Made by a program: the position numbers and the translations under genes
Notes under the pieces: generated by a model
What the model was told of the DNA's origin: nothing
The model's input: only the letters and a program-made list of their open reading frames with translations
The model's database searches: none
Part shown: piece after piece, positions 1 to 12,866 of the stretch
Layout: the number at the start of each line of letters is the position of its first letter
Position numbering within the stretch: position 1 is the stretch's first letter
DNA from: Perkinsus chesapeaki ATCC PRA-425
Taxonomy: Eukaryota > Protista > Perkinsozoa
Length of the DNA stretch: 64,000 bases
Assembly (NCBI GenBank): GCA_013115145.1
Contig: JAAPAO010000044.1
Span: 43,350 to 107,349 of the forward strand
Direction: 5' to 3'

Positions 1-422
1 GAAGTGTTACTTTTTGGCGATTCTAAGGAGCCTTCTCAAGGTGAAAGGAGGTATCCCTTGACAGCCATCTACTGCTGTTTTAAATGACAACAGAGACGAG
101 AGAAAAGCTGAAACATCTGTAGGTTCGAGAACTAACCAGAGGAACACTCCTCGAGGGAATCTAGCTTACCTGATCCATTGTATTTAGCCGACAGTATCTC
201 GGTTGCGAACCCATCGTTCATGACATGGAATGAGAATAACCCCATTACCTATGAATCGGTTTATTCTTGATTGCTGTATTATTAAGATACCTCTGAGGTT
301 AGCCATGGGTTACCTTGAGTAGGTGGATTGGCTATGGCGATGATGCGGAAGTTCGGGTGTACATGGACAACTTCAGGCCCCTGAAGGATTACATTTCTGT
401 GCATCTGGGAGGAACTGACTAA
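1..422 (+). CDS. Probable 3' end of a spliced hypothetical protein gene entering from the left edge
   Basis: Exon-like stretches between GT..AG introns; the last reads WIGYGDDAEVRVYMDNFRPLKDYISVHLGGTD with TAA at 420-422. No family recognised. Confidence 0.3.
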
Positions 423-423
423 C

Positions 424-497
424 GCCCGATTAGTTCAGCTGGATAGAATGTCTGCCTACGGAGCAGATGGTCGTAGGTTCGAATCCTGCATCGGGTA
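424..497 (+). tRNA. trnR-ACG: tRNA-Arg(ACG)
   Basis: Full cloverleaf: acceptor GCCCGAT/ATCGGGT, D-arm GTTC..GAAT, anticodon stem TCTGC/GCAGA with loop CT-ACG-GA (ACG at 458-460), T-arm GTAGG-TTCGAAT-CCTGC, discriminator A, followed by TTT. Confidence 0.96.
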
Positions 498-592
498 TTT
501 CACACAAGCACTTGCTTCATTGTCACCAACGTTCTCATAACGGCTTGTCCCTCCCGGAGCGATATGTCGTTGAACAATACCAGTGCAATGCA

Positions 593-2944
593 TCACCACT
601 TTTTGAGACTCAAACATTGCTCGTGTGTCGATATTTCACATTCGTGAATATTCAACATCACCCTTACCGTATCATCATCATCAATGTCCATCTGATCATC
701 ATCAGTTAATACAAGTCCCTTCCCTCTCGTATCCGAGTTCTGTAATGGACATTGCCTATCAGCTATCAGCGGCCCCAATGCACATAGAACGTCCGATGGT
801 ACACGATGCAGCCCATCCAGTATGAGTAACTAAAGCCCTTCAACTGCCGCTCTACTAAATCATCATCACCAACTTTCCCTTCTATCGCCGCCCTCACAGC
901 AGCGCTGGGCAACCATACCGATGCACCGCTGGACAGATCGGTAGCTCGACGCTGAAGGAGGTCTCGGGCGGATATGTCTTGATAGAGAAACAGCGTTTCG
1001 GTGTGAGCCGGAGACAAGTTTAAGGTCCGCATGAAATACCTATGAGAACTTTGTTATAGGAGAGATTAATCGACTTCCTGTTCTCCCAGAGATTCAGATA
1101 CACTCTAATTTGCTTCAGTGATGTTTTCAAGTTTTGTGCAGCTCTCTCGGAGGCCCTGTGCGTGCTACGTCAAGTTTTCATAGTTTGGATTGGGCGGATT
1201 CGGTTTGGGAGCAAGTGTCCGCGAGACTTCCTACTGCATCGTCCTTGTCTTTCCACAACCGGAGGGACCGACAATACACACATCGAGACCATTCCGCCAA
1301 TCGATGGCAAGATTCTCAAGCATAGTCTTCACAGCCGGTGTCGACACAAAACCTGTCTCCTGAAGTCATACCGATTTAGTTAGCATTTCGAAACTCAGAT
1401 CGGACTTTGTCAATTTGTGTAGAGCCTCCTCCTGTTGTAGTACTTTGAGATATACCCAAACTGCTTAGGATAGATTCCACTCCTCTCTTTGGATCCTCGT
1501 TTGTAAACAACATCCAAGGATACACCCTGAGCAAGAAAATACATTTCCGTAGTAGCGAATCTATGTTTATGCATGTTGCTCCGGATCAAACAAAAATTCA
1601 AGCCCATCGGACTTTGACTCGGAATTGAGGTGTAGATCAGTGGAAGCTGGATTGATTACCAAGGTGTGCAGCTTCAGAGCTGAGCTCACTCATTCTCGCA
1701 TATCCTCAGTACGCGTAATACCGCAACATTCAACACAAAAGCCCTGAGACTAGCCTTCTTCCCATGACATGCCCGATGATGATCGGCTTAGCGTTTTCAA
1801 ATAGTTTATTAACCGTCGCTACCTGGCAATGGCCTGGTGAAGGTCACTCGTGGCTGAGTAGATCTTTTCGAGGTTGACCACGGCATCACTTGGCATCAAA
1901 GGCAGCTCTGACGCCTCACCAATAGCATCCACAAAATCGCGGAGCGATGCGTTCTCCCCCTAAATATCTGCACTGAGCTTGGATACTTTATTGGTACAAA
2001 CCTCATTCCCAATTGGTGAACCTCCGACTACTCGACCTTGAAAACGGCTCCTAAAATGCCATAACGAGTCGCCTGCGCTTCTAATTCATTTCCTTACCGA
2101 AGCGGCGGGTCCAAAGTGTGGCCGACACAGGGCGGCACTGGCAGACCGAGAGCAATAACGATGAAGTTGGGCGAAACTCTTACGAGGTTACGAGAAGCAA
2201 CCTGTGGGGTGGTACACGCCTTCCAGCAAAATTTCTCGCTGACCTCGGCCTTGCCTAGGCTCGTGACGAGCCGGTCGTACTTTGTATGATTCAGCAGACA
2301 TCTGCCATCGTCGAGAACCTTTGAGAAAATTGCTTCCTAATTCACTCCACTCGATGACCCACCATTTCTCTATTCTCCAATAAGTTGTTAATTGTTGGTA
2401 AAACATTTCGTTCAGCCTTTTCTATTCCGTCCAAGATGAGTACCCTTCCCATGACAGCAGCCCGAACAACAGCAGAGTCGACGTAAAGAGTCTGCCTGCC
2501 AATAGGACCCCCTCCCGTATTTACAATCGCTCACCTGGCCGGACACGCCAATCTCTCGCCTTTGTCGGAGGTCGGCCTCAACCGTATCCCGTGTTATCAC
2601 CAGAAGCTCAGGCTGGAGCCCCTCGGTAACACAGAAATGATACGCCTACAAATAATTTTGTGGCGCAGTGAAGATATCCAGCAGCTCGCTAACCAGTCTT
2701 CTTCTCGTCGATCCTGGATTCCCTATTAAAAACATATCTTGCCTCAAAGCGTACTTCTGCCGCATCCACTTCAAATGCCCTTCAAAAACCGTTTCAAAAG
2801 TGGCATCTCCCGAGACTATCTGAAAAAGCTCCAAACTCCCAGCAAGAACTCGCGGCTCACTTTAGGAACGATCCCCCTCCCCAAAGCCGACGGAGGCCGC
2901 CTTCCAACATGGGAGGCCACCGAGTTCAATCGCCGCCCTGCCAT
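593..2944 (-). CDS. VWA8: VWA8-like (MoxR/midasin-type) AAA+ ATPase, multi-exon; apparently only the N-terminal AAA modules
   Basis: Exons read HLKWMRQKYALRQDMFLIGNPGSTRRRL, ITRDTVEADLRQRREI, VIALGLPVPPCVGHTLDPPLR, ARDLLQRRATDLSSGASVWLPSAAVRAAIEGK and LDGLHRVPSDVL, matching in order the VWA8 motifs I recall. The Arg-rich N-terminus MAGRRLNSVASH resembles a mitochondrial presequence. The 3' end is uncertain. Confidence 0.85.
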
Positions 2945-3271
2945 GGTGAATTTAACTGCATGATGTAAATTGACAACTTAACTCAATGTAGCCAAGATAC
3001 CTCCTCGGGAAACACTCAACAATCTTCTTCTTCAATGGCTTTGTCTTAGTCGACTACCGCCAATCGGAATAGTAATAGGCGAAGGAAACCAGATGAAGGA
3101 GGAGGAGGAGGAATGGTCACAATAATTGTAACGGTTATTGTTGTTATTGAAGAAAGTCCACAAGTACATCGAATACGACGATGTCGTCGATGAAGCTTCT
3201 AAACAGTTAGACACTGTCATCAATGATAACAACGACGACGAAGCTGCTGCTCATTCTTATTGTTGTTGCTC

Positions 3272-4409
3272 TTAAAACACCAACTCAGCATCCTTCTTAA
3301 CGTCATCGAAGGCAGTACCAGCAGCAGCGGGCTGCTCCTCGTTACCAACGGCCATAGCGAGAACGCCAGCTTCTGAACAAACGACAACAAACTGATAGAA
3401 AAAACGGTTTTCAGAGCACCTACCGCCGCCTTCCCTGGCTCTATCAGCCTTCTCCTTCTCCATCTTTTCCTTCTTCTTCTCGACAATCTTCTTAACTCTG
3501 ATGATGAATGACAAATCGGAAATGATTGAGTCTGCCTTTCAATCTTACCTGAAGAACTCCTCACGCTCCTGCTCATCCATAGCCTGCTCGATGAATTTAA
3601 TAATCTTCTCAATACGAGGGATGACGACATACTCCAAGGCATTCACACGACGACTGGAAAAACATCACCATACTGGGAGGAGCAGGAGAAGAAGAAGCTT
3701 ACGATGTCATCTTGATCTCCTCATCCAATGTGATGAAGGATGTTTGGAGAGAGGCCATCTTGACAAGCTGATAGAAAAACCGTAAAATAAATTACTGCAG
3801 GACCAAGGAGTTCTTACGAGTTCAAGGACCTCAGCGTGCTGCATTCTGCAGGTTTGAATAACTTGTCCACCTTGACCGGCACCAAGACTCATCATAGGGC
3901 CCTACAAAATAGCAGGCAGTAAGCGGCGGTAATGAAGAGGGAGGAGGAGTGAAGTTACATCTAGTGTGGAATCCCTTTGTAGCTCGAATGTTGGAAGGAA
4001 TACACCGGCAACATTATCAGCGGAGACTTTCAAAGTGACACTAAAACAAGATTAATAGAATAGGTTATTCTTCTAGTGTCTTTTTCTTACCTAGGCTTCT
4101 TGACTCGCTGAATAACAGTCTGAACGAAATCGCTATCACCGGCCCATCTAGCCTTAGCGATTGAGAAAGAGCAATCGGCCATGCTGTCACCAACTGCCTT
4201 CTTGGTCTGAGATAGTAACAAGTGAGCAGTAGTACTGGAGTCCGCTGGTTATCGCTTACATCGACGATCTCCTTGAGCATCTGAGAGAATCTGCTCTTAA
4301 GGGCATCACGCTTCTTCTTAAGCAGACTGTGACCCTTCTTGGCACCGACACCCTTGGCCTTAAAGGTCTGCAAGGTCATACGGTTCGCAGGGGGCATCTG
4401 CTGAGACAT
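3272..4409 (-). CDS. ATP6V1D: V-type proton ATPase subunit D, multi-exon
   Basis: [37 protein letters not shown] at the start; [37 protein letters not shown] and [14 protein letters not shown] across later exons. Confidence 0.95.
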
Positions 4410-4863
4410 CTTGAGAACTGGTTAAACCGGAAAAAACTTCTGATGAAAAAATTTCATACACCCTGATTCAACCTTACTGGTATCTTGCACGGGTAACCTA
4501 AAGATACTTTCCTAAGTCCTGATAATTCTCTAGATCCATTTGAGCTGTAGCACAAGAGCAAGTGCGCTTCAAACCAGGATTAAGCTCGCTACAGCGAATC
4601 TAATCACCACCAGTCGAATAGGGGACTATAACCAATCGACACAGAAATCAAACGACAAAGTCGAGAGCAATAGATTCCAGTAGGCACTGTTCAGATAATT
4701 GGGCAAAATATCCAGGGTCAACATGTAAAGGTTCTGACACCTCTAGCCATGCGGGGCCCCAGAAGTTCCAAGGCCTCAGCGCAGAAAGCGCAGCAAAAGC
4801 CGTGAAGGAATTGCAAGATTTCGAGTGTTCAGCTTTCTGTCTTAGCCTGCCATTATGAATGCA

Positions 4864-4889
4864 CCCGGGTTCGAATCCCACCACCGGCA
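4864..4889 (+). pseudogene. tRNA 3'-end relic A (positions ~48-73), possibly Leu-like
   Basis: C-CCGGG-TTCGAAT-CCCAC-CACCGGC-A then TTTC; no 5' half found upstream or downstream. Confidence 0.7.
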
Positions 4890-5149
4890 TTTCATAGCTT
4901 TTTATATTTAGATCACTTACTAGGCAACCGAGGGAAGAGTTGAGCTAAAATGCCGAACGAAAGTGATACAGGGCAATCGGATAGGGGGACTTCGGCTCTC
5001 ACAGCTCCGTCGCTTGAATCGAATATGCAGTCCGATTTTATATACGGCTTTTGGGTTCGTGAAAGGGTATCTTGAGGTTGATGCTAGGTTTATGAGTATG
5101 ATGTTAGTTGTTTATGGTGAATAAGCCCCTATCGGGTACTGTCCTTAGA

Positions 5150-7015
5150 ATGAGTAACCTTAAGCTGCCATTAGCACCATCAGTATCAATCTTCAATGGT
5201 GGTCTAAGCACAGTAGCCACAACTACTCCTGGTTCACCTAGGAAATCTGGAGGCTCGTCACCTAGGAAAGGAGGATGTAACCAGCGATTCTGGCTTGGAT
5301 AATTCATACCACATTTCCTCAGCATCGCCTCGTCGTAGGGCCGCTCCCGGTAAAGCCCCTGTTGTTGCGCCAGTGGCCGGATATGACCCCATTCACACTA
5401 TAATGGCCACCAAACCTGTGGCCTCTAAGTAGTCAACTTGCGGAGATTCTAGAAGATATTTTTGAGGTTAGATTGTCGCTAGATGAGCGAGTCGCCAAAT
5501 GTATGGCTGTTGCAAATTACGGCGGTGAGATCATCCAAGAGGAAGAGGTTAGAAAGCTGTTCGGTAAAATATCTTTCCGTTTCAACCTTCTTTACGCATC
5601 TTCCTTAGAGGCTAAAGCCAATCCTATCTGCTACGATGGTTTCGAACCAAGCGGCCGGATGCACATTGCTCAGGGAATTCTCAAGGCCATCAATGTCAAC
5701 AGGTATCGCTAAGGTTCGCACTCCGACCTCGAAAATATCTTTTAGGTTGACCTCTGCCGGCTGCGTATTTGTTTTCTGGGTAGCTGACTGGTTTGGTCTG
5801 CTTAACAACAAAATGGGTGGCGATCTTGAAAAGATCAAGAAGGTGAAACGGAAAGATTCTTCGGAGGTTGATTGGATGCCTCCTGTCAGGTCGGCCAGTA
5901 TTTTGTTGAAGTGTGGAAGGCCGCAGGTATGGACATGAGTAACGTCCGTTTCCTTCGGGCCAGCGAGGAAATCAACAAGGTAGCTTATTGGCTCCACCTA
6001 CTTGACAAAATATAATCTATAGAACCCCCAAGACTACTGGCTACGTGTTATGAACATAGCCCGAGCAAACAGCATTTCCAGAGTCAAGCGATGCGGTCAA
6101 ATTATGGGACGCTCTGAGGGGGATGATCAACCTAGTGCTCAGATTCTGTAAGATATGATAGTTTTGTGGCGCGTGACGGTTATTTGTAAGGTACCCGTGT
6201 ATGCAATGCAGCGATATATTCTATCTCCACGCTGATATCTGCCAGCTCGGTATGGATCAGAGAAAGGTGAACATGCTAGCCAGAGAGTACATGGATAAGC
6301 CAGAGGCTTCTAAGGACAAACAAAGGATGTAGAGGGGGGAGGTCAAGTTGACCTTGAAAGAATCTTTGCTGATTTAGGCAAGGCCGAAAGCCTATTATCG
6401 TGTCACACGCGATGGTCCCTGGTCTCTTGGAGGGACAGGAGAAGATGTCCAAGGTAAATTTCGTGGCGCGCGGTCATAAGTTATTTACTTGTTCACTCAG
6501 TCTAATCCTGACTCTGCTATTTTCATGGAGGACTCTGAGGCTGATGTTAAGCGCAAGATCAAGAAGGCCTACTGTCCTCCCAATCAGCTCGAGGGCAATC
6601 CTTGTGCCACCTACGTCAAGGTACCACAGGGATTCACCGAGACTCGGTGGTGAGGGTGGTGGTGTTGTTGTAGATGTTGGTGTTCCCTTATATGGGCAAG
6701 TTTGAGGTCCAAAGGAAGGAGGCTAATGGCGGTGATGTGTAAGTGGAGAGCTACGAGAATATTGGGTTACAAAATCTGACAGAACCTTCAAAACTGTTGA
6801 GGAGTTTGAGGAGGCCTACTCTCATGGTCAGCTACATCCTGGCGATCTTAAGGCAGCTCTTGCCAGGTAAAGGGGATGATGAATGCTTTATGATGATTAT
6901 ACCGCTTATCAGATGCCTTAATGAAATGATTGAACCTGTTCGTCGGCACTTCGAGACGGATCCCGAGGCTAAGGCATTACTTGCTGAGATTAAAACTTAT
7001 AAGGTTACCAAGTAG
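5150..7015 (+). CDS. YARS: Tyrosyl-tRNA synthetase (eukaryotic/archaeal type) with N-terminal extension, multi-exon
   Basis: ICYDGFEPSGRMHIAQG (HIGH-type), WVADWFGLLNNKMGGDL, YPCMQCSDIF, CQLGMDQRKVNMLAREY, MVPGLLEGQEKMSKS (KMSKS), LHPGDLK. Two upstream exons splice in frame from ATG 5150. Confidence 0.96.
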
Positions 7016-7543
7016 AGAGAGACGCACCAACAACTACTTTACGAAGTTTCTCGAGTTGATGATTTCAGTCGGTGGTCGAGTAGATCAATTGGAATGGGTG
7101 GGTATGGATCCTTAGGGGAGCAGTTGCAGGCGGGAGGGGGTATCCTGGCTATATATGATAGTAGATGGCTTCGGAAGTACTTCCGCGTATAGAATGCAAA
7201 TATGCCTCCTCGGATTGGCGTTTCGGACGAGCGTCAGGGAAAAGAGTAATATAGGGTGATGAAATGGTCTCTTCTGGGACCTTGCAGTATGGATATATCT
7301 CCTATCAAAACTAGTATTATACCTGTGCGATAGGAACGTTTCTTGAGCCTCGCTCCTACAGTACCCGCCATCTGAAGACAGTTGAACTTTCAACGGGCCT
7401 CATGCATTCAATTTTCAGAGTTTTCACTTGAAGTTTCAAATATAAAGGTTTTGGGGTATGGTGAGTACATTAGTGGGGTGAATGAAACCGTTTCTAAAAC
7501 AACGGTAGCTATTGGTAGTTGCTGTTGTTGTTGGTGTCCTCTT

Positions 7544-10273
7544 ATGTCGCCAACTAATGCCATACGGGAGTAAACTTTATGATGGTCATGATATAGATAG
7601 GATACGACGATCCAGTGTCAGCTCGCCGACTAGGGGATATGGTAGTCAATGGGGCAGTAGTCAAGTGTCAGTGAATCCTATTACAGGGGAAGTAAGGGGA
7701 GAGTGTATGGTATCATAATAATAAACCCTTATTAGATTGTCCGGTATGGAGAAGTGTCCCGTAGTGGCCCACTGAGCAGTCGGATATCATCTCGAGAGGC
7801 GCGCAGGGTAGGAAGCTGCGGCAATGGATATGTGGGGTTTTCGTAATAATAATTATAAGTTTCCTTTGTTGTACATTACCCGAAGCTTCAGTATTATCGG
7901 GGCTATCGAAAAGAATTGAAAAATCGAAGTGGGAAAGTTTTGGGACCAGTTTACTTGATCAAATCTCGGATATCTGCGTTGGCGTTTTCGTGGGCAATGC
8001 CAAATTGGCATTGAGTGCCCTTTATTTATTTTCCTTGCCAGCTTCGGGAGGATGAAAAGGCTACATCGAAGGAGCTGTACAGACGGGAGCTTCTCAGCCA
8101 AATAGCGGGCGGCAGCAAGCAGGATGCGTATAGGGATCATCCTAGCGGACTCCGTGCCTCACCGAAGCATCACCTGCCAGGGGCGTTTTTAAAATCCCGT
8201 TATGGCGTGCCTGGTGTGAAGGGACCGATGAGGAGGTATTTGGAGCGCTTGTTGCTGGATGGAGAGGAGGCGGCTGGGCCTGTGCCTCTAGGAAGAACGC
8301 CGAGTCGGCGGCGCCGGCGACGGTCTGTTGAAGGGGAGCAGTATTCTCCGGTGATGGTTGAGGAGCCGATAGTAGCAAGTATTAGGAGTTCTGGGGGAAG
8401 GGGCTCACCGAAGAAATGGAATGACAATGCAGATGAAGTCAGAAGGGTGTCACCGAGTAGAAGATACGCTGCTGAGCTTGAAGCACAAGTGGCTGAAAAA
8501 AAGGAAAGGGAGAGACGGGAGAAGGAAAGAGAGGCAGTGCGGGATAGGATATTGGAGGAAAGAATACGGAAGGATGCTGAGTAAGAAGTCAGGTAGTTGG
8601 AGTCATTGATAAAGGGCTTTACCCTACGGCGACTTGAGTGTTGAGTATAGAAAGGTTACTATCCTTCCTATGGGCTTTTTCCAGGAACCTATGTGCTGTG
8701 GAATTAAAGTGTGTATACTTCCACGGTAGGAAGTCTTGGCAACTCTAGAAGAACATATTCCCATGAGGCTGCATGATTTACTTCTATCCCGGCCGCGACC
8801 GTAATTGGCTTCTTTGATTCAGGCGTGATGCTTCAGGAGTGTCAAGCGGGAGGATTGCTGGACGTAGGATTGTTGGCGACCCATTCGAAGGCATTTCCGA
8901 GGTAACAGTCGAGCTGGAGCTGCTGCTTTGGTCGAATGGAATTAGTGGCAGAGCAACGTGGAGCATGTGTTACCTCCCGATACTAGTAGAAGTCGGGCAA
9001 GCAGCAAGAGACACCAACAGCGTCGTCATCTTATCGATATCGATGCGGAGTGGGCCGACTGGTACACCAAGCATCCGGAGATCAACAAGAGGAATGGTAC
9101 TGAATAGGGAGATGAATTTTGGGGCGCGCGGGGAGATCTACAAGTGATCTCAGGTGACGGCAAGCCCAAAGAGAAAGTGGATAAGCCCGTCACGGTTGTT
9201 CGAGAGGGTGTTCCTCGTAGTGGTAGGAGTGCGGGAGACGAGGTTGTGTATATGAGAAGGGACGATGAAGCACAAACGAAGAGTGGTGTAGAGAACAACT
9301 GTAATGTAGCGGAGGACACTATAACGGGGCAGTTGGGGAACCGATGGCAGCAGAAGTTGCCAACGTTTAGAGAATTGGAAGGGCGGCGAAGCGAGTGGGC
9401 GATGGAAAGAGTTTGTGAAGATGATTGTGAGGAATTGGTTATGGATAGATTGAAGGATGAGATGGATATATTGAAGAAGGACATGGAGGTGTGTCTCGCT
9501 GGAAATCTTTCGGTAGTTCTGGAATATCAGGCAGCTAGTGTGATAGTCTTATATTTCGGTTCGACTCGAAGAATTTAGAAATCTTTGGGGCCTTCGGTCA
9601 GCTTGGGAAATGGTGACGCCGTCACCAACGTACGAAGGGGAGTTCGTTGAGGGAGGGTCGGTTGTTACCGATCTGAATTGCTGTATTAGCTTACAGGATA
9701 CGAAGGCCATATTAGGCGTCATTGTCGGGCGGGCCTGTATTGCGAACCTCACAGGTGTGGGGAGGTCGACATCTGGCTTTATCGTACCAATACGGGGAGT
9801 TCGACTGATTGCCTTGGTATTTTCAGGCCAATCGGCGACGGCTGGATGAAGAGATATATCGAATAAACTCCTCGAGGCTGCTGCCATGTAGATCAGATCT
9901 TATCGAAAGATCCTCGCCGAGATGGTGTGGCATGACTAGGAGCGGTAGAGCGGATCAACACTCTGGGGAAGGGGAGGAGGAGGAAAGGTCTTTGGACTCG
10001 TGGAGTGATGGCGAGACAGTTGTTAATGACCGCGCGCCGTCAAATTGTGGGTCGAATGTTGGCCTGGAAGATACTATAGTGAGTGAGTCGGCCCCGGCAG
10101 ATCTGGAGAACTCCCAATTCGAGGAGGTCGATGAAGCTGTCGAGGTCACTGATGGGTTTGAAAAGTGGAATGAAGATGTGGGATCAGAGGGCGGAGGGAG
10201 GAGGGGTAGCAGGCAGATGAAGGTCCACTCGCCTGCTAAGTACTTTTCGCCGGACAAGATGGATGTATATTAG
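7544..10273 (+). CDS. Hypothetical low-complexity/coiled-coil protein, multi-exon
   Basis: Long charged ORFs (8015-8584 ELYRRELLSQI..YAAELEAQVAEKKERERREKERE; 9144-9578; 9809-10273) bounded by plausible GT/AG. Start and exon chain uncertain. Confidence 0.55.
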
Positions 10274-10284
10274 ATTGGAGCGTC

Positions 10285-12866
10285 ATGTTCAATCATGACC
10301 TATGCATTCACGTTGCTTTTACAACTTGTGCTTCATTTGTGTTGGTGTGTTTTCAAACGGTAAGATTGTCGGATTTATTACACCTCATCAGCTATGTTCG
10401 AATGATCGTTCGATGTCGTCGGCCGCTGCTCTGTGGGCCGTCAGCATCACAGCGAGGGTTGGATGCCACTTCGGCTGTGATTCACTCGACAGGTGAGCTC
10501 GTGCGGATGTGTTTTGAGGGGGGTGGGGGTGGTATAAATAATGTGTTGGACAGTAAATACAGATATAAGGCTCTCGTCGACATAAATTTTCATACTGCTA
10601 TTTAAGTTGCCTTTATTTCTCGCCAAGTGTATTGCATATGGGACATCATCGCGGAGAGATGCCGAGATTTGTGGGAGGATCATCACTATCGCAATAGCTT
10701 TTTTCAACTTCTCATTCATGGATCTGACACATGCGTGCCGATCGATGTAACAATTTCCTAAGAGTCTTTCGAAAATGGGCTGGATAGGTCGGGAAAGCGA
10801 CATTCATCATGTACAATTTGCTCAAGCGTCGAAGTTGCCGTAATTCAGATGATTCTGGCGGCACCTTCTCCACCGCATCTCGGTTTGCTGCCCTGCAACG
10901 AGCGTATGCTGACAACCATTCCGAGTGGATATATCAGCTCAACACTCGAACACCATATCATCTTTGGAAAGGACCAGGAGTTATATTTACCCCAACTGGC
11001 TTCCAGATGCGACTGCCGAGGTTCCAGGATTGGTAGGCTACGGTTATGCGCATGCGTGCGAAAAGATACGCGTAGGTACTTTATGGAGGGTGAGAGTATC
11101 TTTGAGAATGGTAAAGAACTTGAAGTGGAAATTTCGGGAACAGGCGACCCGACATGGTCTGTGAACAGGAGTAAGGTTTGCATCGCTCCGCTAGAGAGTG
11201 TTGCATGTTTTCGGATTTTTAGGTTACAAGGAGCGGTCGAGCGTTAACATCCTGGCAGCAACTAATGCCAATTCGAGGATGTTTTGGCTTTACATGAGTG
11301 CTGCCAAAGCCTTTAATATCGACGTTGGATCATCACAGCTAACACTTCCTAATATGCGGCTTATACTGGGGCATCCGAAGACAGCTTTGAGGTCACTTGG
11401 GATAGTTGGGGCGCATGAAAAAGTCGGAGATCTCGGTATTGTGTGAGTTTTTGTGCTGATTGTGAGGTGTGCAGAACTCACAGAACCTGATTGGCACCAT
11501 ATTGCTCACGGAAAGGAATGGTCTTGGAAGCTTCGAGTTGTTGATTTGAGGGGTTTTGTGGATGATGGTTATTGACTATCTTTCTTAGGCTACTACAACC
11601 GGAGCTAGCTCATAAAGTTCGGCGAGTTTATTTTCACCATTTGGATGCTGGAGCGGTTAGTCGGCACAGGCCTGTAAATATGACATCGACTCTGATGAAT
11701 ACAGTATATGATGTTTTGAGGTGAGGACTCCTCACTGAGCCTCCTGGAGGCTCCTCACTGAGGAGGCGGGTTATTGATCATTTACGAACCCAGTCTTGGT
11801 AATGTTATTTTCGCTAATACCTGGTATCTCCTGGTGAGTGTTTTTCTTCTTATTAACCCAAAAGTATATGCTTCATAGAAGCATGCGTTTACACACGGAT
11901 GGGTAGCAACAGCAGCAGTGCCGAATGTCCCCTAGAACTGAAACGAATGCCCACTTTGAGCTGCCGCTCGGCCTATTGGTCTCTACAAAGGGAATTGTAT
12001 GCGTCTGTTGGACATGGCCTATAGTGTGGTTTCATCAGAGCTTAGTGTTTGAACAACCTGTTTGATGTCGAGGTCTCGGAAGAATCGTGAGAATCATCGC
12101 CCTAAATCCAACTTCTAAGCTCTGCCAAACTCGAGCCATGGGGGGTGATATGGTATCCTATTTAGGGAAGGCGAGGGTGAGTTCCATGTGGTGACCGATA
12201 ATGAAGGATTTATGCACAAAATAGTGGCGATAATGCACGAGAAAAGGTCGGCTAGGGTGGCGGTCTGCCTTGAGGCAAATGACCGAAGGGTTCCTATACC
12301 ACTCGCTGCTCTGTGCTCTCGGCCAGAGATGCTCTTGTGTCTGAGTTGATGTAGTCTATTGCACTCTTTTTCCTGTGTTTCAGTGACAAGTTTGAAGCAG
12401 GATATGAGTATCCATTTTACGGTGCAACGGAAAAGGACACTCGGAGGCTGCCGGAGACTTGTGAGTGGATTTTAGGGGACAGTTTGTGTGTAATTCTGTG
12501 TAATAGGATTTAGGCATGTACAATGTGTTAATTCTGATCGATAGTTATAGTGAAATGGTCGATCGATATCAACTGTGTGTATACGGTATACCATTGAACT
12601 TTGAGATCTCAAACCACCCTACGGTAACCTGAATAGTATTCGGCCACACAGTAGAAGTGTCAGGTCCACAATACTTAACGAGAAGTGTTTACTCTGGTGG
12701 GTTGCCAGGACTCATGCCCGAGAATGAAAAGCGAGCTCGAACTGAATCTAGAAGATATCTTCTGGATGCGGAGATAATTATAGACAGAGGCAGCGATAAA
12801 GGGAAGGTTAGACTGTGGAAGGATAAGGAGGATGCAGTGGATGTTTATAAAGGGAATCAAAGGTAG
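10285..12866 (+). CDS. Hypothetical protein, multi-exon
   Basis: Several exon-like ORF segments (e.g. SVNILAATNANSRMFWLYMSAAKAF, LLQPELAHKVRRVYFHHLDAG, MPENEKRARTESRRYLLDAEIII) separated by short GT-AG introns. No family recognised; boundaries approximate. Confidence 0.45.

Noticed and set aside
330-422. YGDD / VYMDNF as a reverse-transcriptase YxDD motif
   Set aside because: No other RT motifs nearby; it reads better as the last exon of an ordinary spliced gene.
4799-4889. 90-nt span as tRNA-Sec or a permuted/intron-containing tRNA
   Set aside because: No acceptor 5' strand, no paired anticodon stem around TCA, discriminator is A, and no 5' half follows downstream.
5620-5650. GGTTCGAAACC on the minus strand as another tRNA relic
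   Set aside because: Lies in the conserved TyrRS coding motif YDGFEPS, so it is explained by protein constraint.
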